From the NCBI GenBank assembly GCA_017617445.1, contig JAFZWE010000012.1, forward strand, positions 50,818 through 114,817: a DNA stretch of 64,000 nucleotides, written 5' to 3'. This DNA comes from Bacteroidales bacterium. Its GTDB lineage: Bacteria; Bacteroidota; Bacteroidia; Bacteroidales; WCHB1-69. This document shows, piece after piece, positions 51,518 through 61,979 of this stretch (positions are counted from its first letter, which is position 1; each line of letters opens with the position of its first letter). The notes beneath the pieces are model-generated. The model saw only the letters and a list, made by a program, of their open reading frames with translations. It made no database searches and had not been told where the DNA came from. The position numbers and the translations under genes were made by a program.

Positions 51518-52249
51518 ATGAAGGTCATCCACGCCGCCCGTTTCACCATTGATGAAAATATTTATGAACAGGAAGACAACATCTTCCTGTTTGACAAGCC
51601 CTATCAGGCAACCTCTTTTGATCTGGTGGCTAAAGTCAAATATGCCATGAAACGGAAATTCGGGAAGAAGGTGAAGGTGGGACATGCCGGCACCCTGGAC
51701 CCGCTGGCCAGCGGACTGATGATTGTCTGCACCGGGAAGTTCACCAAACAGATTGACCTTTTTCAGTCGGCCGACAAAGAATACACGGGAACCATCCGGT
51801 TGGGCGCAACCACTCCCAGTTTTGATTTGGAAAAGCCTGTGGATGCAGAATACCCCACTGCACATATCACACCGGAAATGGTGAGGGAAACTGCCGCTTC
51901 TTTTATTGGTGCGCAAGAGCAAATCCCGCCCCAGTTTTCCGCACTCCGCATTGACGGACGCAGAGCTTTCTCCTATGCACGGCAAGGAGAAGAGGTGGAA
52001 ATCAAACCACGAGCCATTACCATTTCTGAATTTGAAATCACCCGCTGTGAACTCCCCGAAGTGGATTTCAGAATTGTTTGTTCCAAAGGCACATACATCC
52101 GATCCATCGCACGCGATTTCGGACTTGCGCTGCAAAGCGGAGGACATTTGACTGCCCTGCGCCGCACCCGGATTGGAGAGTTCCGCGTGGAAAACGCCAT
52201 CCGTCCCACCCCTCTTCCCTCCCCCATTCCCCCAGCCGAACAGCCATGA
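51518..52249 (+). CDS. truB: tRNA pseudouridine(55) synthase
   Basis: The 243-aa ORF has 'GHAGTLDPLASGLMIV'. Confidence 0.92.
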   Translation: MKVIHAARFTIDENIYEQEDNIFLFDKPYQATSFDLVAKVKYAMKRKFGKKVKVGHAGTLDPLASGLMIVCTGKFTKQIDLFQSADKEYTGTIRLGATTPSFDLEKPVDAEYPTAHITPEMVRETAASFIGAQEQIPPQFSALRIDGRRAFSYARQGEEVEIKPRAITISEFEITRCELPEVDFRIVCSKGTYIRSIARDFGLALQSGGHLTALRRTRIGEFRVENAIRPTPLPSPIPPAEQP

Positions 52250-53310
52250 TCCCTGCCCTTCCCATCATCGCCTTAGGCGCCATGTCAGGCACTTCCCTGG
52301 ACGGCCTGGATTTGGCATTGTGTCGTTTTACACAGGACGAGACAGGATGGAATTACCATACTTTGCATTGCCAAACCTTTGGATACTCAGCTGAATTCAA
52401 AGAGCAACTGGCCCGTGCGGAAAATATGTCCGCCTTGGATTTCATGCGCTTGGACCGAGAATTCTCCGAAATGACAGCCGCCCATATCAATCAATTTTTG
52501 GAGCAATTCCCAGAAAAACCGGCACTGATTGCCTCGCACGGACAGACAATTTTCCACCAGCCCGACAAAGGACTTACGGTGCAAATCGGCAATGGTGCAA
52601 TCATCGCCGCCCGCACAGGCATTCCCACCGTCTGTGACTTCCGCACCACGGATGTGGCGTTGGGCGGTCAAGGAGCTCCCCTAGTACCCATTGGCGACAA
52701 ACTGCTGTACCACAGCTACAAAGCCTGCCTAAATCTCGGTGGATTTTGCAATATCTCTTTTGATGAAAACGGCCACCGCATGGCCTTTGACATCTCCCCA
52801 TGCAACATGATGCTCAACCTGTTGGCCTCACGCATAGGACATCCTTTTGATAATCAAGGAGAAAATGCCCGTAAAGGTACAATGATTCCAGAATTGCTGC
52901 ATCAGCTGAATCACCTGGATTACTACAGTCAAACAGGTGCCAAATCCTTAGGAAAAGAGTGGTTTGTAGAAAAAGTGCAGCCCCTGCTCAACGGGGAACA
53001 CGCGCCTGAGGATTTGCTCCGTACTGCAGCCGAACACATCTCCTTTCAAATTGCCAGAATATTAAATCAGCAGAAAATCGAAACGTTATTAGTTACAGGC
53101 GGCGGAGCTCACAATACATTTTTATTGGAACTGATTCAGGAGAAATCTCCAGAATGCACACTCACTGTCCCCAATGATGAGACGGTGGATTTCAAGGAAG
53201 CAATTATTTTTGCTTTTTTGGGTGTGCTGCGCGTAATGCGCCAACATAACTGCTTGGCAGATGTAACCGGAGCTTGCCGCGACAACTGTGGTGGCGCAGT
53301 TTATCTGTAG
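52246..53310 (+). CDS. anmK: Anhydro-N-acetylmuramic acid kinase
   Basis: ORF 52078..53310. The start is at 'MIPALPIIALGAMSGTSLDGLDLAL', with an ATGA overlap with truB. The upstream part of the ORF lies inside truB. Confidence 0.88.
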   Translation: MIPALPIIALGAMSGTSLDGLDLALCRFTQDETGWNYHTLHCQTFGYSAEFKEQLARAENMSALDFMRLDREFSEMTAAHINQFLEQFPEKPALIASHGQTIFHQPDKGLTVQIGNGAIIAARTGIPTVCDFRTTDVALGGQGAPLVPIGDKLLYHSYKACLNLGGFCNISFDENGHRMAFDISPCNMMLNLLASRIGHPFDNQGENARKGTMIPELLHQLNHLDYYSQTGAKSLGKEWFVEKVQPLLNGEHAPEDLLRTAAEHISFQIARILNQQKIETLLVTGGGAHNTFLLELIQEKSPECTLTVPNDETVDFKEAIIFAFLGVLRVMRQHNCLADVTGACRDNCGGAVYL

Positions 53311-53314
53311 GCTT

Positions 53315-54700
53315 TTACACCATTTTTTCAGGAACCACCCATGCATCATAATCCTCAGCGGAAACCATTCCCGACTGCACTGCGGCATCCCGGAGGGAAA
53401 GTCCGCTCTGATAGGCATATTGTGCAATCTGGGCCGCCTTCTCATAGCCGATGTGCACATTCAAGGCAGTGACCAGCATCAGCGAACCGTGCAGGTTGTC
53501 GTGAATGCGTTTTTCATTAGGCTGGAGACCGGCGATGCAGTTGTGGTTAAAGGAATCCGTGACATGGGAAAGCAAGCGGATGGATTGCACCAACGCATTT
53601 CCAATCATTGGCATAAAAACATTCAACTCCAGATGACCCTGCATGGCCCCGGCAGTAATGGCTGCATCGTTGCCGATCACCTGACAGCACACTTGCGTAA
53701 CTGCCTCACACTGTGTCGGATTTACCTTTCCAGGCATAATAGAAGAGCCTGGCTCGTTGGCAGGCAGGACCAACTCTCCAAGGCCGCTACGAGGACCGGA
53801 GCCCAGCAGCCGGAGATCATTGGCGATCTTCATCAGTGAAACGGCCGTGCGCTTTAACATGCCAGAAAGCTCTACCAAAGAGTCGTGTGAAGCCATGGCC
53901 TCAAACTTATTGGATGCAGCGGAAAAAGCGAGCCCTGTAAATTGGTTCAGACCATCCACCGTTCGTTGTATGTAACCGTCAGGAGTGTTAAGTCCCGTAC
54001 CCACAGCCGTTCCTCCCACAGGAAGTTCCATCACATGGGGCAGTACCGACTTGATGGCTTCCATATCATGCTCCACTTGGGCGACATATCCGGAAAATTC
54101 CTGACCCAAAGTCAACGGGGTGGCATCCATTAGATGGGTTCGTCCAATTTTCACAATGGTGGAAAATTCCGCTGACTTGCCAGCCAGTCCATCCCGAAGA
54201 CTTTGCAAAGCCGGGAGCAGTTCAAAACAAACCATTTGAGTGACAGCGATCCGAATGGCAGAGGGCATCACATCGTTTGTAGACTGCGACTTGTTCACAT
54301 CGTCGTTCGGGTGTACAAAACGTCGGCCACTGCCTATGGTGCCATGCTTTTTTATTTCTGCCCAATTGGAGATCACCTCATTGACATTCATGTTGGACTG
54401 GGTACCCGAACCAGTCTGCCAGACATGCAAAGGAAATTGGTCGTCATATTGCCCAGAAAGAATTGCGTCACAGCACTCAACGATCAAGTCCCGTTTTTCA
54501 ACTGAAAGTTGTCCGCAGGCACAGTTACTGCAGGCGGCGGCCCTCTTCACCATGGCGATGGCACGAATGATTTCCAGGGGCATCGGCTCCTTCCCTATTT
54601 TAAAATGCGTGCGTGCACGTTCTGTTTGCGCGCCCCACAGTTTATCTTCAGGGACAGGCACTTCGCCCAAGGAATCCTTTTCAATTCTGTAATTCTCCAT
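53315..54700 (-). CDS. fumC: Class II fumarate hydratase
   Basis: ORF 53315..54733. The start is probably 'MENYRIEKDSLGEV'. It has the signature 'GSSIMPGKVNPTQCEA'. Confidence 0.9.
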   Translation of the reverse strand: MENYRIEKDSLGEVPVPEDKLWGAQTERARTHFKIGKEPMPLEIIRAIAMVKRAAACSNCACGQLSVEKRDLIVECCDAILSGQYDDQFPLHVWQTGSGTQSNMNVNEVISNWAEIKKHGTIGSGRRFVHPNDDVNKSQSTNDVMPSAIRIAVTQMVCFELLPALQSLRDGLAGKSAEFSTIVKIGRTHLMDATPLTLGQEFSGYVAQVEHDMEAIKSVLPHVMELPVGGTAVGTGLNTPDGYIQRTVDGLNQFTGLAFSAASNKFEAMASHDSLVELSGMLKRTAVSLMKIANDLRLLGSGPRSGLGELVLPANEPGSSIMPGKVNPTQCEAVTQVCCQVIGNDAAITAGAMQGHLELNVFMPMIGNALVQSIRLLSHVTDSFNHNCIAGLQPNEKRIHDNLHGSLMLVTALNVHIGYEKAAQIAQYAYQSGLSLRDAAVQSGMVSAEDYDAWVVPEKMV

Positions 54701-54735
54701 ATTGCAAAAAACATGAGTCAAACCCATGTTCATTC

Positions 54736-55152
54736 TTAGTTCCCAAAAATATATTCAAACTCCTTGGTGCTGATCAACTTGCCGCTGGGGGCATAGTTGT
54801 ACTGCTTCTTTTTGCTCCCATCCTCATAATACTCAAACTTGCGGATTCTCACAGCTTTGTTCTTACTGTCATACACCACCTGTCTCACACAGTTTCCGTT
54901 TGCATCATATTCGTACGTAATACGGGATTTCTGTCCATAATTGGCATATTCAATTTCTTCCGTTTTTTTCCCATTGGCATTATAATACGTCACATGGTCC
55001 AGATAGCGGGAATTGCTACCAGCTGTAGTGTTCCACTCCTTAATGGTGAGATTCTTTTTACTGCGAGTGGTGGCAGACTGGGGGTATGCCACTGCAAGGC
55101 AACCGAAACATACCAAAATCATGGTAATTATCTGTTTCATTTTCAACAACAT
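54736..55152 (-). CDS. Small secreted YD-like repeat protein
   Basis: The 138-aa ORF has the signal peptide 'MKQIITMILVCFGCLAVAYPQ'. Its repeats include 'RITYEYDANGNCVRQVVYD' and 'FEYYEDGSKKKQYNY'. These resemble the kinase ectodomain at 33113..34009. Confidence 0.65.
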   Translation of the reverse strand: MLLKMKQIITMILVCFGCLAVAYPQSATTRSKKNLTIKEWNTTAGSNSRYLDHVTYYNANGKKTEEIEYANYGQKSRITYEYDANGNCVRQVVYDSKNKAVRIRKFEYYEDGSKKKQYNYAPSGKLISTKEFEYIFGN

Positions 55153-55859
55153 TAAACATTAATGGTAACTTGGAATGTATCCAATGTATAAACTTGTCCG
55201 GCTTCATCCACATCAATGAACTGAGAAATATAAGATGGCACTTCGTTTGAATTTTCCGTAACGGTATAAATCTCATAGCTGCCGGGGGCAAGTTGTTGAA
55301 AATAGTAATAGCCATCCATGCCGACGCGAACATCATCAAAGTGGTAGGGCTCACCCACCCGGCGGATATATACGCGGTGCTCATAAGCCCATCCCTCGCC
55401 GCGGTTGCTACCATTATGGATATAGGTGGCCCACACCTGACCTCGCACAATGGAGGTGCCGTATGCCTTCCCTTCATGTATGTAAATGGTGGGAACTGTC
55501 ACCGTCTTCCCGCATTTGACAGTCACGGTTTCAGAAACTGCCATCCTTTGTCCGGAAGGCAGTGTTGAATAGGCATAAATGGTGTATGTGCCGCTTTTCA
55601 AATATTTGAAACGGTAACTGCCATCCGGCCCCGTCTCCATGTCATCCCCGTAAATCACATCATCACCGTAAATGATGAACACATCTGTTTTGGCCGCTGC
55701 CAGAGTATCCGTGGTGAGGTTGTAATTGTCCTTATCATGGATGACGGCCATCACCTTGCCTTCAACAACTGCGGTACCGCCTTCACCCTCCTCCTTCAAA
55801 CAGGATGTGAAAAAGAGGGATGCGATGACGGTCAAAACAAATGGAATTAATTTTTTCAT
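55152..55859 (-). CDS. Lipoprotein with two carboxypeptidase-regulatory-like (Ig-like) domains
   Basis: The 235-aa ORF has the lipobox 'LFFTSCLKE'. 'DGSYRFKYLKSGTYTIYAY' and 'MDGYYYFQQLAPGSYEIYTV' are CarboxypepD_reg-type motifs. Confidence 0.65.
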   Translation of the reverse strand: MKKLIPFVLTVIASLFFTSCLKEEGEGGTAVVEGKVMAVIHDKDNYNLTTDTLAAAKTDVFIIYGDDVIYGDDMETGPDGSYRFKYLKSGTYTIYAYSTLPSGQRMAVSETVTVKCGKTVTVPTIYIHEGKAYGTSIVRGQVWATYIHNGSNRGEGWAYEHRVYIRRVGEPYHFDDVRVGMDGYYYFQQLAPGSYEIYTVTENSNEVPSYISQFIDVDEAGQVYTLDTFQVTINV

Positions 55860-55888
55860 TATTATTTTCTAACAGATAAGATTTAAAA

Positions 55889-58582
55889 TTATTGTGCCGT
55901 CACAGAGGTACCGTTTCCCGAAGTGGTAACGGTTGCACCGCTGTACAACCCGTGCCAACTGGTTCCACCGTTGATGGTGGGAGAGGTAAAGTAGGTGTAT
56001 GTGCCAGACTGGATGTCGGGGGTACTGACATAAACGCCGCCGCCACCGCCGCCCGGAGGACGGATGGGAGTGGGATCGCTGCCCTCAAAGCCACTGCCAC
56101 TGAAGGTGGGCCACTTGAAGGTCATGATTTCCGCATTGCTGCTGTTTCTGAGATAAAAACCGCTGGTAGCCACATTGGTGGTGGTTCCGCCGCCAGGGAA
56201 ACCCCCACCGCCGCTGCTGCCCAAACTCACATACTTCTGGTTGGTCATGCTCGGAGTGGCCTCTGTCACACCCATATTGCCACCCACCAGCACGAAGGTG
56301 CCGCCGGTAACATACAAGCGTCCGCCATGGTCACCGTTGTCATCAATGGCCACCTCGGTTCCACGGGCGATAATGGTTCCCCCGTTAATCTCTATTCTCG
56401 TCCCATTGCAGTCAATGCCGTCATTTCCGCGAGCGTATGCCCAGACATACCCGCCATTGATCTCAAGGTAGGCACTGGCATTGATGGCATCATCGTAGGC
56501 ATTTGCTTCCACAATACCACCATTAATATAAAGGCTGCTTTTGGTTTCAATGGCCTCCCCTGTGCTTTCACCAGAAGTTTGGGCGCAATAGGAAGAAACA
56601 TGCCCACTGTTGATGACAAGGTTGCCCTGCACCTTGATTCCCTTGGGAAGACCTTTCCAATAGTCGGAAGTTGACCCGCCGCCAGGGAAACCCCCACCGC
56701 CGCCGGAAACGTTGACCGGTGCGCCGGAAGTCATCACATCAACATCAATCAAATCGTTGTCTGCTCCCGATTCACCGATGGTCAGTGTGCCATCGCACAC
56801 GATACCACGGCCGCCTGTGCCCGTGCTTTGACAGTTGATGGTGCCACCTGTGATGGAAATGTTGGCATCTCCCTTGATGCAGCTGGGAGCATAGCCATCC
56901 GTGCAGCTGGTTCCGCTACCCACAAGAGTAGCCCCTTGTCCGGCTGTGGAAAGTGTAATGTTACCCCCTGCGATGTTGATATTCCCGTCAGCGGAAAGCC
57001 CTTTGGCACCGCCGGAAGTGGAGGTGCAGGTGGCACTGATGGTGCCGCCGTTGATGTTCAAGGTGCCATCCGACTTGATAGCGATACTGTTGGAAGCGGT
57101 TTGTCCCGACACATAGGTAGCACCGCTAACATTAGCCGTGATGCTGCCGTTATCAATCAGCAGGGAAATGTCCGATTTGAATCCTTTGCTGGCACTTCCC
57201 GAAAGAGTCATGGTGATAGCTCCATCATTGACCGTGATGGCATTGTCGGCAGCGATGCCCTTGCTGTCCCTGCCTGCTGCCGTCACATTGATGTTTCCAC
57301 CATTAATCACGATGTTGTTGTTGGCTTTCAAGCAGGCAGCGGAATAAGAATCGCTTTGGTTGGATGCATTGGTATAGGTGCCGCCGGCTCCTGCCACACT
57401 CAGCTCAATGTCTCCGCCGTTAACGGTGACATTGCCGTCAGCCGAAATGCCCTTGCCGCCGGAAGCGTTGGAGCTCAAAGTGACATGGATGTCCGTTCCG
57501 CCAGTGGCCGCACTAATCACAATATCCCCATCACATTTGATACCAGTGCAATGCGACGGATTGTTTTCAGTGACCACCGTGGCGCCCGACCCATTAATGG
57601 TGATGGTGCCGCCCTGCAAATCCATCAAACGACCCGCTTTTATCCCTTTGGTCTGGCCTCCGGTAAGCGTGAGGTTCAGTGTGCCTGCCGCCATCATGAA
57701 CAAGCTGTCGCATTTGATGCCCTTGCCGTCATCGGCGGAGACCTGGATATCCACCTCCCCACCGGAAATGTTGATGTAACGGCTACCCGCATCAATGCCG
57801 GTCTTGGCATTGGCAACCGTGATCTGCCCACCAAACAGCTCAATATAGTCATTGGAGTGGATCCCATCAGAAATGGCCCCGTTTACCTGGATGTTTCCGC
57901 TAATCATGCGAATATAGTCACTGCTGTAAAAGCCGTGCTGTACATTGCCCGTCACACTCACTGTGCCAGGACCATACACCACCACCTGCCCTTTGCTGTC
58001 AAAGGGGGCCTTGTCAGTACTGCCGGCACCATCGGTCAAAGAGCTGTTGTCCAGCATCGTCAGGGAGACTTTCACATCATCCAACACCTTAATGGCCGCC
58101 CCTGACGGATTGGTGATACTCACTCCGCTGAGTATCAAGTTGAAACGATGGTCGCTATTCATGGTCAGTGAGCCGTTGCTGGTCGTACCCGAAAGATGAT
58201 AGGTCACATCTTGCGTGCCAGACGCTCCATTGACCATCACCGTCCCCCCGTTAGTGGTAACAGTAACTCCCGCGTTCACCAACGGATTGATCACCGTAAC
58301 CTGCTGTTCATTCCAAATAATGTAAACAATGCGCCCGGTATCCACCACAGCATCCTCCGTGGCGAATACAATACTGTCAATCGCTGATACAGGGAACTGG
58401 AAATTGGTTTCTCCAAGATTATTGTGTACGATGGAGATGCTATTCACAAAACTGACACTGTCAATATTGTCAATCAGCTGGGAATGTACTGCATTGCTTC
58501 CATTGTAAATAATGATGCGTTCCTGTGCAGACCCCCAGTAGCAGCAGCACAGGACGACAAAGAGCAGAAATAATTTTTTCAT
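55889..58582 (-). CDS. Secreted parallel beta-helix protein, Cthe_2159-like carbohydrate-binding family
   Basis: The 897-aa ORF has a signal peptide. It carries about 15 degenerate 'I(N/S)GG.I.(I/V)....G.GI..D' coils, plus poly-Gly 'GGGGFPGG' inserts. Confidence 0.7.
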   Translation of the reverse strand: MKKLFLLFVVLCCCYWGSAQERIIIYNGSNAVHSQLIDNIDSVSFVNSISIVHNNLGETNFQFPVSAIDSIVFATEDAVVDTGRIVYIIWNEQQVTVINPLVNAGVTVTTNGGTVMVNGASGTQDVTYHLSGTTSNGSLTMNSDHRFNLILSGVSITNPSGAAIKVLDDVKVSLTMLDNSSLTDGAGSTDKAPFDSKGQVVVYGPGTVSVTGNVQHGFYSSDYIRMISGNIQVNGAISDGIHSNDYIELFGGQITVANAKTGIDAGSRYINISGGEVDIQVSADDGKGIKCDSLFMMAAGTLNLTLTGGQTKGIKAGRLMDLQGGTITINGSGATVVTENNPSHCTGIKCDGDIVISAATGGTDIHVTLSSNASGGKGISADGNVTVNGGDIELSVAGAGGTYTNASNQSDSYSAACLKANNNIVINGGNINVTAAGRDSKGIAADNAITVNDGAITMTLSGSASKGFKSDISLLIDNGSITANVSGATYVSGQTASNSIAIKSDGTLNINGGTISATCTSTSGGAKGLSADGNINIAGGNITLSTAGQGATLVGSGTSCTDGYAPSCIKGDANISITGGTINCQSTGTGGRGIVCDGTLTIGESGADNDLIDVDVMTSGAPVNVSGGGGGFPGGGSTSDYWKGLPKGIKVQGNLVINSGHVSSYCAQTSGESTGEAIETKSSLYINGGIVEANAYDDAINASAYLEINGGYVWAYARGNDGIDCNGTRIEINGGTIIARGTEVAIDDNGDHGGRLYVTGGTFVLVGGNMGVTEATPSMTNQKYVSLGSSGGGGFPGGGTTTNVATSGFYLRNSSNAEIMTFKWPTFSGSGFEGSDPTPIRPPGGGGGGVYVSTPDIQSGTYTYFTSPTINGGTSWHGLYSGATVTTSGNGTSVTAQ

Positions 58583-58617
58583 CGTGTAAAATTAATATTT
58601 GAATTAAAAATTAGCTT

Positions 58618-58625
58618 GCAAAGCT
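58618..58625 (-). promoter_or_regulatory. -7 box (TAGCTTTG) for the beta-helix gene trio
   Basis: The plus strand reads caaagcta, 36 nt upstream of the ATG at 58582. Confidence 0.45.
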
Positions 58626-58712
58626 ACGTTTTTTTTGAAGAACGAGAACTTTTGCCGGGCGATTTTCTTTCAATGGAAGATTAATTTTAGCGAAATGGAC
58701 AGCAGCGGATAT

Positions 58713-58742
58713 AAAAAAAGTGCCTTGGTAAGGCACTTTTTT
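58713..58742 (-). terminator. Bidirectional-type terminator after rocD
   Basis: The structure is A7 - gtgcctt/aaggcac - T6. Confidence 0.7.
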
Positions 58743-58758
58743 AAAAGAACAAGAATCA

Positions 58759-59988
58759 TTACTCAAATGAAAGGATAGCTTTCTTAATGAGTTCGATAGC
58801 TTCACGGAGTTCCTCTTCGGTGATGACCAACGGAGGAGCGAAGCGGATGATGTGCTGATGGGTAGGTTTGGCCAGAACGCCCAATTCTTTCATCTTTTCG
58901 CACACGTCCCATGCCTCTTTCCCGTTCTTCGGGCGGATGATGATGGCGTTGAGCAAGCCCTTGCCGCGCACCTGCTGGATCATTTCGCTTTTCACACTGT
59001 TCATTTCGTCACGGAAGATTTTTCCAAGGTATTCAGCGCGTTCGGCCAATTTTTCCTCTTTCACCACTTCCAGAGCGGCGATAGCCACTTTGCAGGCGAT
59101 CGGGTTGCCACCAAAGGTGGAGCCGTGTTCGCCAGGCTTGATGTTCAACATGATGTCATCATCAGCCAGCACTGCAGATACCGGCATGGTGCCACCAGAG
59201 AGGGCCTTGCCCAGAATCAGGATGTCCGGACGAACTCCTTCATGGTCGCAGGCAAGCATTTTGCCAGTACGGGCGATACCCGTCTGCACTTCATCAGCGA
59301 TGAAAAGCACGTTCTTGGCCTTGCAGAGGTCGTATGCTTTTTTCAAATAACCGTCATCGGGAACGTAAACACCGGCTTCGCCCTGGATGGGTTCCAAAAT
59401 GAAACCCGCCACATTCGGGTCTTCCAATGCCTTCTCCAACGCGGGAATGTCATTGTAAGCCACTTTGATGAAACCGGGGGTATAGGGACCGTAGCCACCG
59501 TAAGCCTCGGGATCAGTGGACATGGAAATGATGGTGATGGTACGACCGTGGAAATTGCCGTCGCACACAATGATCTTTGCCTGGTTTTCCGGCAGACCTT
59601 TCTTCATATAGGCCCACTTGCGGCAGAGTTTCAGGGCGGTCTCATCGGCTTCGGCACCTGAGTTCATAGGAAGAACCTTGTCATAACCGAACGTTTCTGT
59701 CACGTACTTTTCATACGGTCCAAGGCAATCATTGTAGAATGCGCGGGAGGTCAGGGTGACCTTCTGGCACTGGTCAATCATGGCACCGATGATTTTCGGA
59801 TGGCAATGTCCTTGGTTCACAGCTGAATAAGCGGAAAGGAAGTCAAAATACTTTTTTCCTTCAACATCCCACATAAAGGGACCTTTGGCTTTTGAGATTA
59901 CAACGCCCAGAGGATGATAGTTATGTGCACCATAACGATCCTCCATTTCAATGGCCTGTTGGCTTGATGTGATTTTTTCTACTGACAT
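58759..59988 (-). CDS. rocD: Ornithine--oxo-acid aminotransferase
   Basis: The 409-aa ORF has 'YGAHNYHP', '[15 protein letters not shown]' and '[11 protein letters not shown]'. Confidence 0.9.
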   Translation of the reverse strand: MSVEKITSSQQAIEMEDRYGAHNYHPLGVVISKAKGPFMWDVEGKKYFDFLSAYSAVNQGHCHPKIIGAMIDQCQKVTLTSRAFYNDCLGPYEKYVTETFGYDKVLPMNSGAEADETALKLCRKWAYMKKGLPENQAKIIVCDGNFHGRTITIISMSTDPEAYGGYGPYTPGFIKVAYNDIPALEKALEDPNVAGFILEPIQGEAGVYVPDDGYLKKAYDLCKAKNVLFIADEVQTGIARTGKMLACDHEGVRPDILILGKALSGGTMPVSAVLADDDIMLNIKPGEHGSTFGGNPIACKVAIAALEVVKEEKLAERAEYLGKIFRDEMNSVKSEMIQQVRGKGLLNAIIIRPKNGKEAWDVCEKMKELGVLAKPTHQHIIRFAPPLVITEEELREAIELIKKAILSFE

Positions 59989-60040
59989 AATTAATCTGTT
60001 TTAATAATTCATTATGGTTTAATGATTTTGTTCAAAATAT

Positions 60041-60676
60041 TCATTCTCCCCTGCGTTCTTTTTCCATTTTCTTGCGGAGTTTGTTCTCTTTTTTTATCTC
60101 TTTGACCACTGCTTCCTGATCATATTCTTTCACGGTCAGTCCGAAATTGGCGATGCCTTTCAAGGCATCTGTACGCATGGCCTGATGGAAACGGAATACA
60201 TATTTCCCCTTCTGCGGGAACTGCACACGGACGGGGTAATACTCATTGACCGAGACGGTCTTGTCATTGATGGTGGTCGGGTACGGTACATTCATCATGC
60301 CATACTTCAACGGGGTGTGCATACAGAGAAAATAGTACTGCCTGTCTTTCAGCCGGCCGCCTCGTCCATACCAGTTACCATACACATCCGCAAGGTAAAT
60401 CTCTGTCGTGTCACGATATTCCATGCTGTCCGGGGTGACAAGATCCACAAAAAGATACAGATTCTGGTACTCGTAGTCCACGCTGTTGCGTATATTGAGA
60501 TACAAAGTGTAATATTGGGCGGTATCCTCAATATCCACTTCGCACTCCACATATTCATTCTGTTTCCATACCTCATTGTCAAACACCACAATCTTTTCCA
60601 TTAAGACGCCTTTGTTGCAGGCGGGGAAAAGCAACATGCTCAACAGCAGACCGGTCAGAAACAGGATTCGCTTCAT
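60041..60676 (-). CDS. gldH: Gliding-motility/T9SS lipoprotein GldH-like
   Basis: The 211-aa ORF has the lipobox 'LLFPACNK' and 'YEYQNLYLFVDLVTPD...YGNWYGRG'. It lies 2 bp downstream of the PSP1 gene, the usual GldH context. It has an extra basic C-terminal tail. Confidence 0.7.
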   Translation of the reverse strand: MKRILFLTGLLLSMLLFPACNKGVLMEKIVVFDNEVWKQNEYVECEVDIEDTAQYYTLYLNIRNSVDYEYQNLYLFVDLVTPDSMEYRDTTEIYLADVYGNWYGRGGRLKDRQYYFLCMHTPLKYGMMNVPYPTTINDKTVSVNEYYPVRVQFPQKGKYVFRFHQAMRTDALKGIANFGLTVKEYDQEAVVKEIKKENKLRKKMEKERRGE

Positions 60677-60678
60677 GG

Positions 60679-61899
60679 CTATTTGTCTTCAATATTCTTC
60701 AACTCGTCCAGGCTGTAATTCACATCTTCCGTCTTTTTCTGATTCACCACAGCAAAATCCTCCAGATTGTCAGGCATCTGATTCTTTTTATTCATTTCAA
60801 TGATTTCCAGCACTTTATCAAGAGGAATGGCAAAGATATTGGAATTGTCATTGGCATAGGAGTACCAGACGATTTTTTTGAATATGTCAATTTTATTATA
60901 GAGACCTTTTCCTTTTTTGGAAAGAAGCTTGACATTGGGCGCGGGGAATTTTTTGATTTCCTCTGCGTAGGTGGCCTGTTCAAAATTCAGGCAGCACTTG
61001 AGTTTTCCACACTGACCGGCCAGCTTTTGCGGGTTGAGCGACAACTGCTGGGTACGGGCAGAAGAGGTAGAGACCGACTGGAAGTTGGTCAGCCATGATG
61101 CGCAGCAAAGCTCACGCCCACAAGTGCCGATTCCTCCCAAACGGCCCGCTTCCTGCCGCACACCGATCTGGCGCATTTCTATGCGGATACGGAACTGTTC
61201 CGCCAAAATCTTGATCAGCTCACGGAAATCCACCCGGTCTTCCGCGGAATAATAGAAGATGGCCTTGGTTCCATCCCCTTGGTATTCCACATCATTCACC
61301 TTCATTTTCAAACCCAAATCCCAGGCAATGTAACGGGAAGACAGCATCGTGGTGTGTTCGCGGTTCACGGTTGAAATCCATTTTTCAATGTCCGAGGCAC
61401 GAGCGGTGCGGTAGAGTTTCTTTTTCACATCCTCCGGATTGACATGCTTGTGCTTCAACTGGCGGTAGACATTCTTGCCCAGCATGGAGATGATGCCGAT
61501 GTCATGCCCCGGAGCCGCCTCCACGGCAACGATATCCCCCACATGGAAAACGCCATCGGAGGGCAATACATAAAAATCCTTGTGACTGTTCTTGAAACGC
61601 ACCTCTGCAATCGGGCAATCCAAATAGTCGGTCGTGATGTCCATCTTGGAAATCCAGTCATACGACGACAATTTGCAAGCCTTACTGGAATATTCTTTGC
61701 AATTGGTTTCTTCTGGATGGGGAAGATTGCTCAACCCCCTTGACAAATAGGGGTTTTCAGAAATCTTAACGGCCTCTTTGCTTACGCCGGTGCGCAAATC
61801 GAGGTTCAAATACTCATCTAAATTCTCAACATGTGTCGGATCGTTCTCAATCTCCGTATATTTCTTTTTCTCCTTGTTGTTATCTTGATTTTCAGCCAT
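60679..61899 (-). CDS. PSP1 domain protein (RicT/YaaT-like)
   Basis: The 406-aa ORF has the Cys-rich PSP1 C-terminal block 'CGRELCCASWLTNF...GQCGKLKCCLNFE'. Confidence 0.85.
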   Translation of the reverse strand: MAENQDNNKEKKKYTEIENDPTHVENLDEYLNLDLRTGVSKEAVKISENPYLSRGLSNLPHPEETNCKEYSSKACKLSSYDWISKMDITTDYLDCPIAEVRFKNSHKDFYVLPSDGVFHVGDIVAVEAAPGHDIGIISMLGKNVYRQLKHKHVNPEDVKKKLYRTARASDIEKWISTVNREHTTMLSSRYIAWDLGLKMKVNDVEYQGDGTKAIFYYSAEDRVDFRELIKILAEQFRIRIEMRQIGVRQEAGRLGGIGTCGRELCCASWLTNFQSVSTSSARTQQLSLNPQKLAGQCGKLKCCLNFEQATYAEEIKKFPAPNVKLLSKKGKGLYNKIDIFKKIVWYSYANDNSNIFAIPLDKVLEIIEMNKKNQMPDNLEDFAVVNQKKTEDVNYSLDELKNIEDK

Positions 61900-61923
61900 T
61901 ATAGTAATAAAAAATGTGGCTGC

Positions 61924-61931
61924 AAAGATAC
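61924..61931 (-). promoter_or_regulatory. -7 box (TATCTTTG) for PSP1-gldH
   Basis: The plus strand reads caaagata, 25 nt upstream of the ATG at 61899. Confidence 0.5.
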
Positions 61932-61979
61932 GACTTTTTTTTATGGAGATGATGGGATTTTACATAATTGTAATATTTC

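Noticed and set aside
55892-58105. 260-aa and 425-aa plus-strand ORFs (55892..56674, 56828..58105)
   Set aside because: Both are antisense to the 897-aa beta-helix gene. The repetitive Gly/Thr/Ala codons of that gene leave the opposite strand open. Neither has a start context or promoter.
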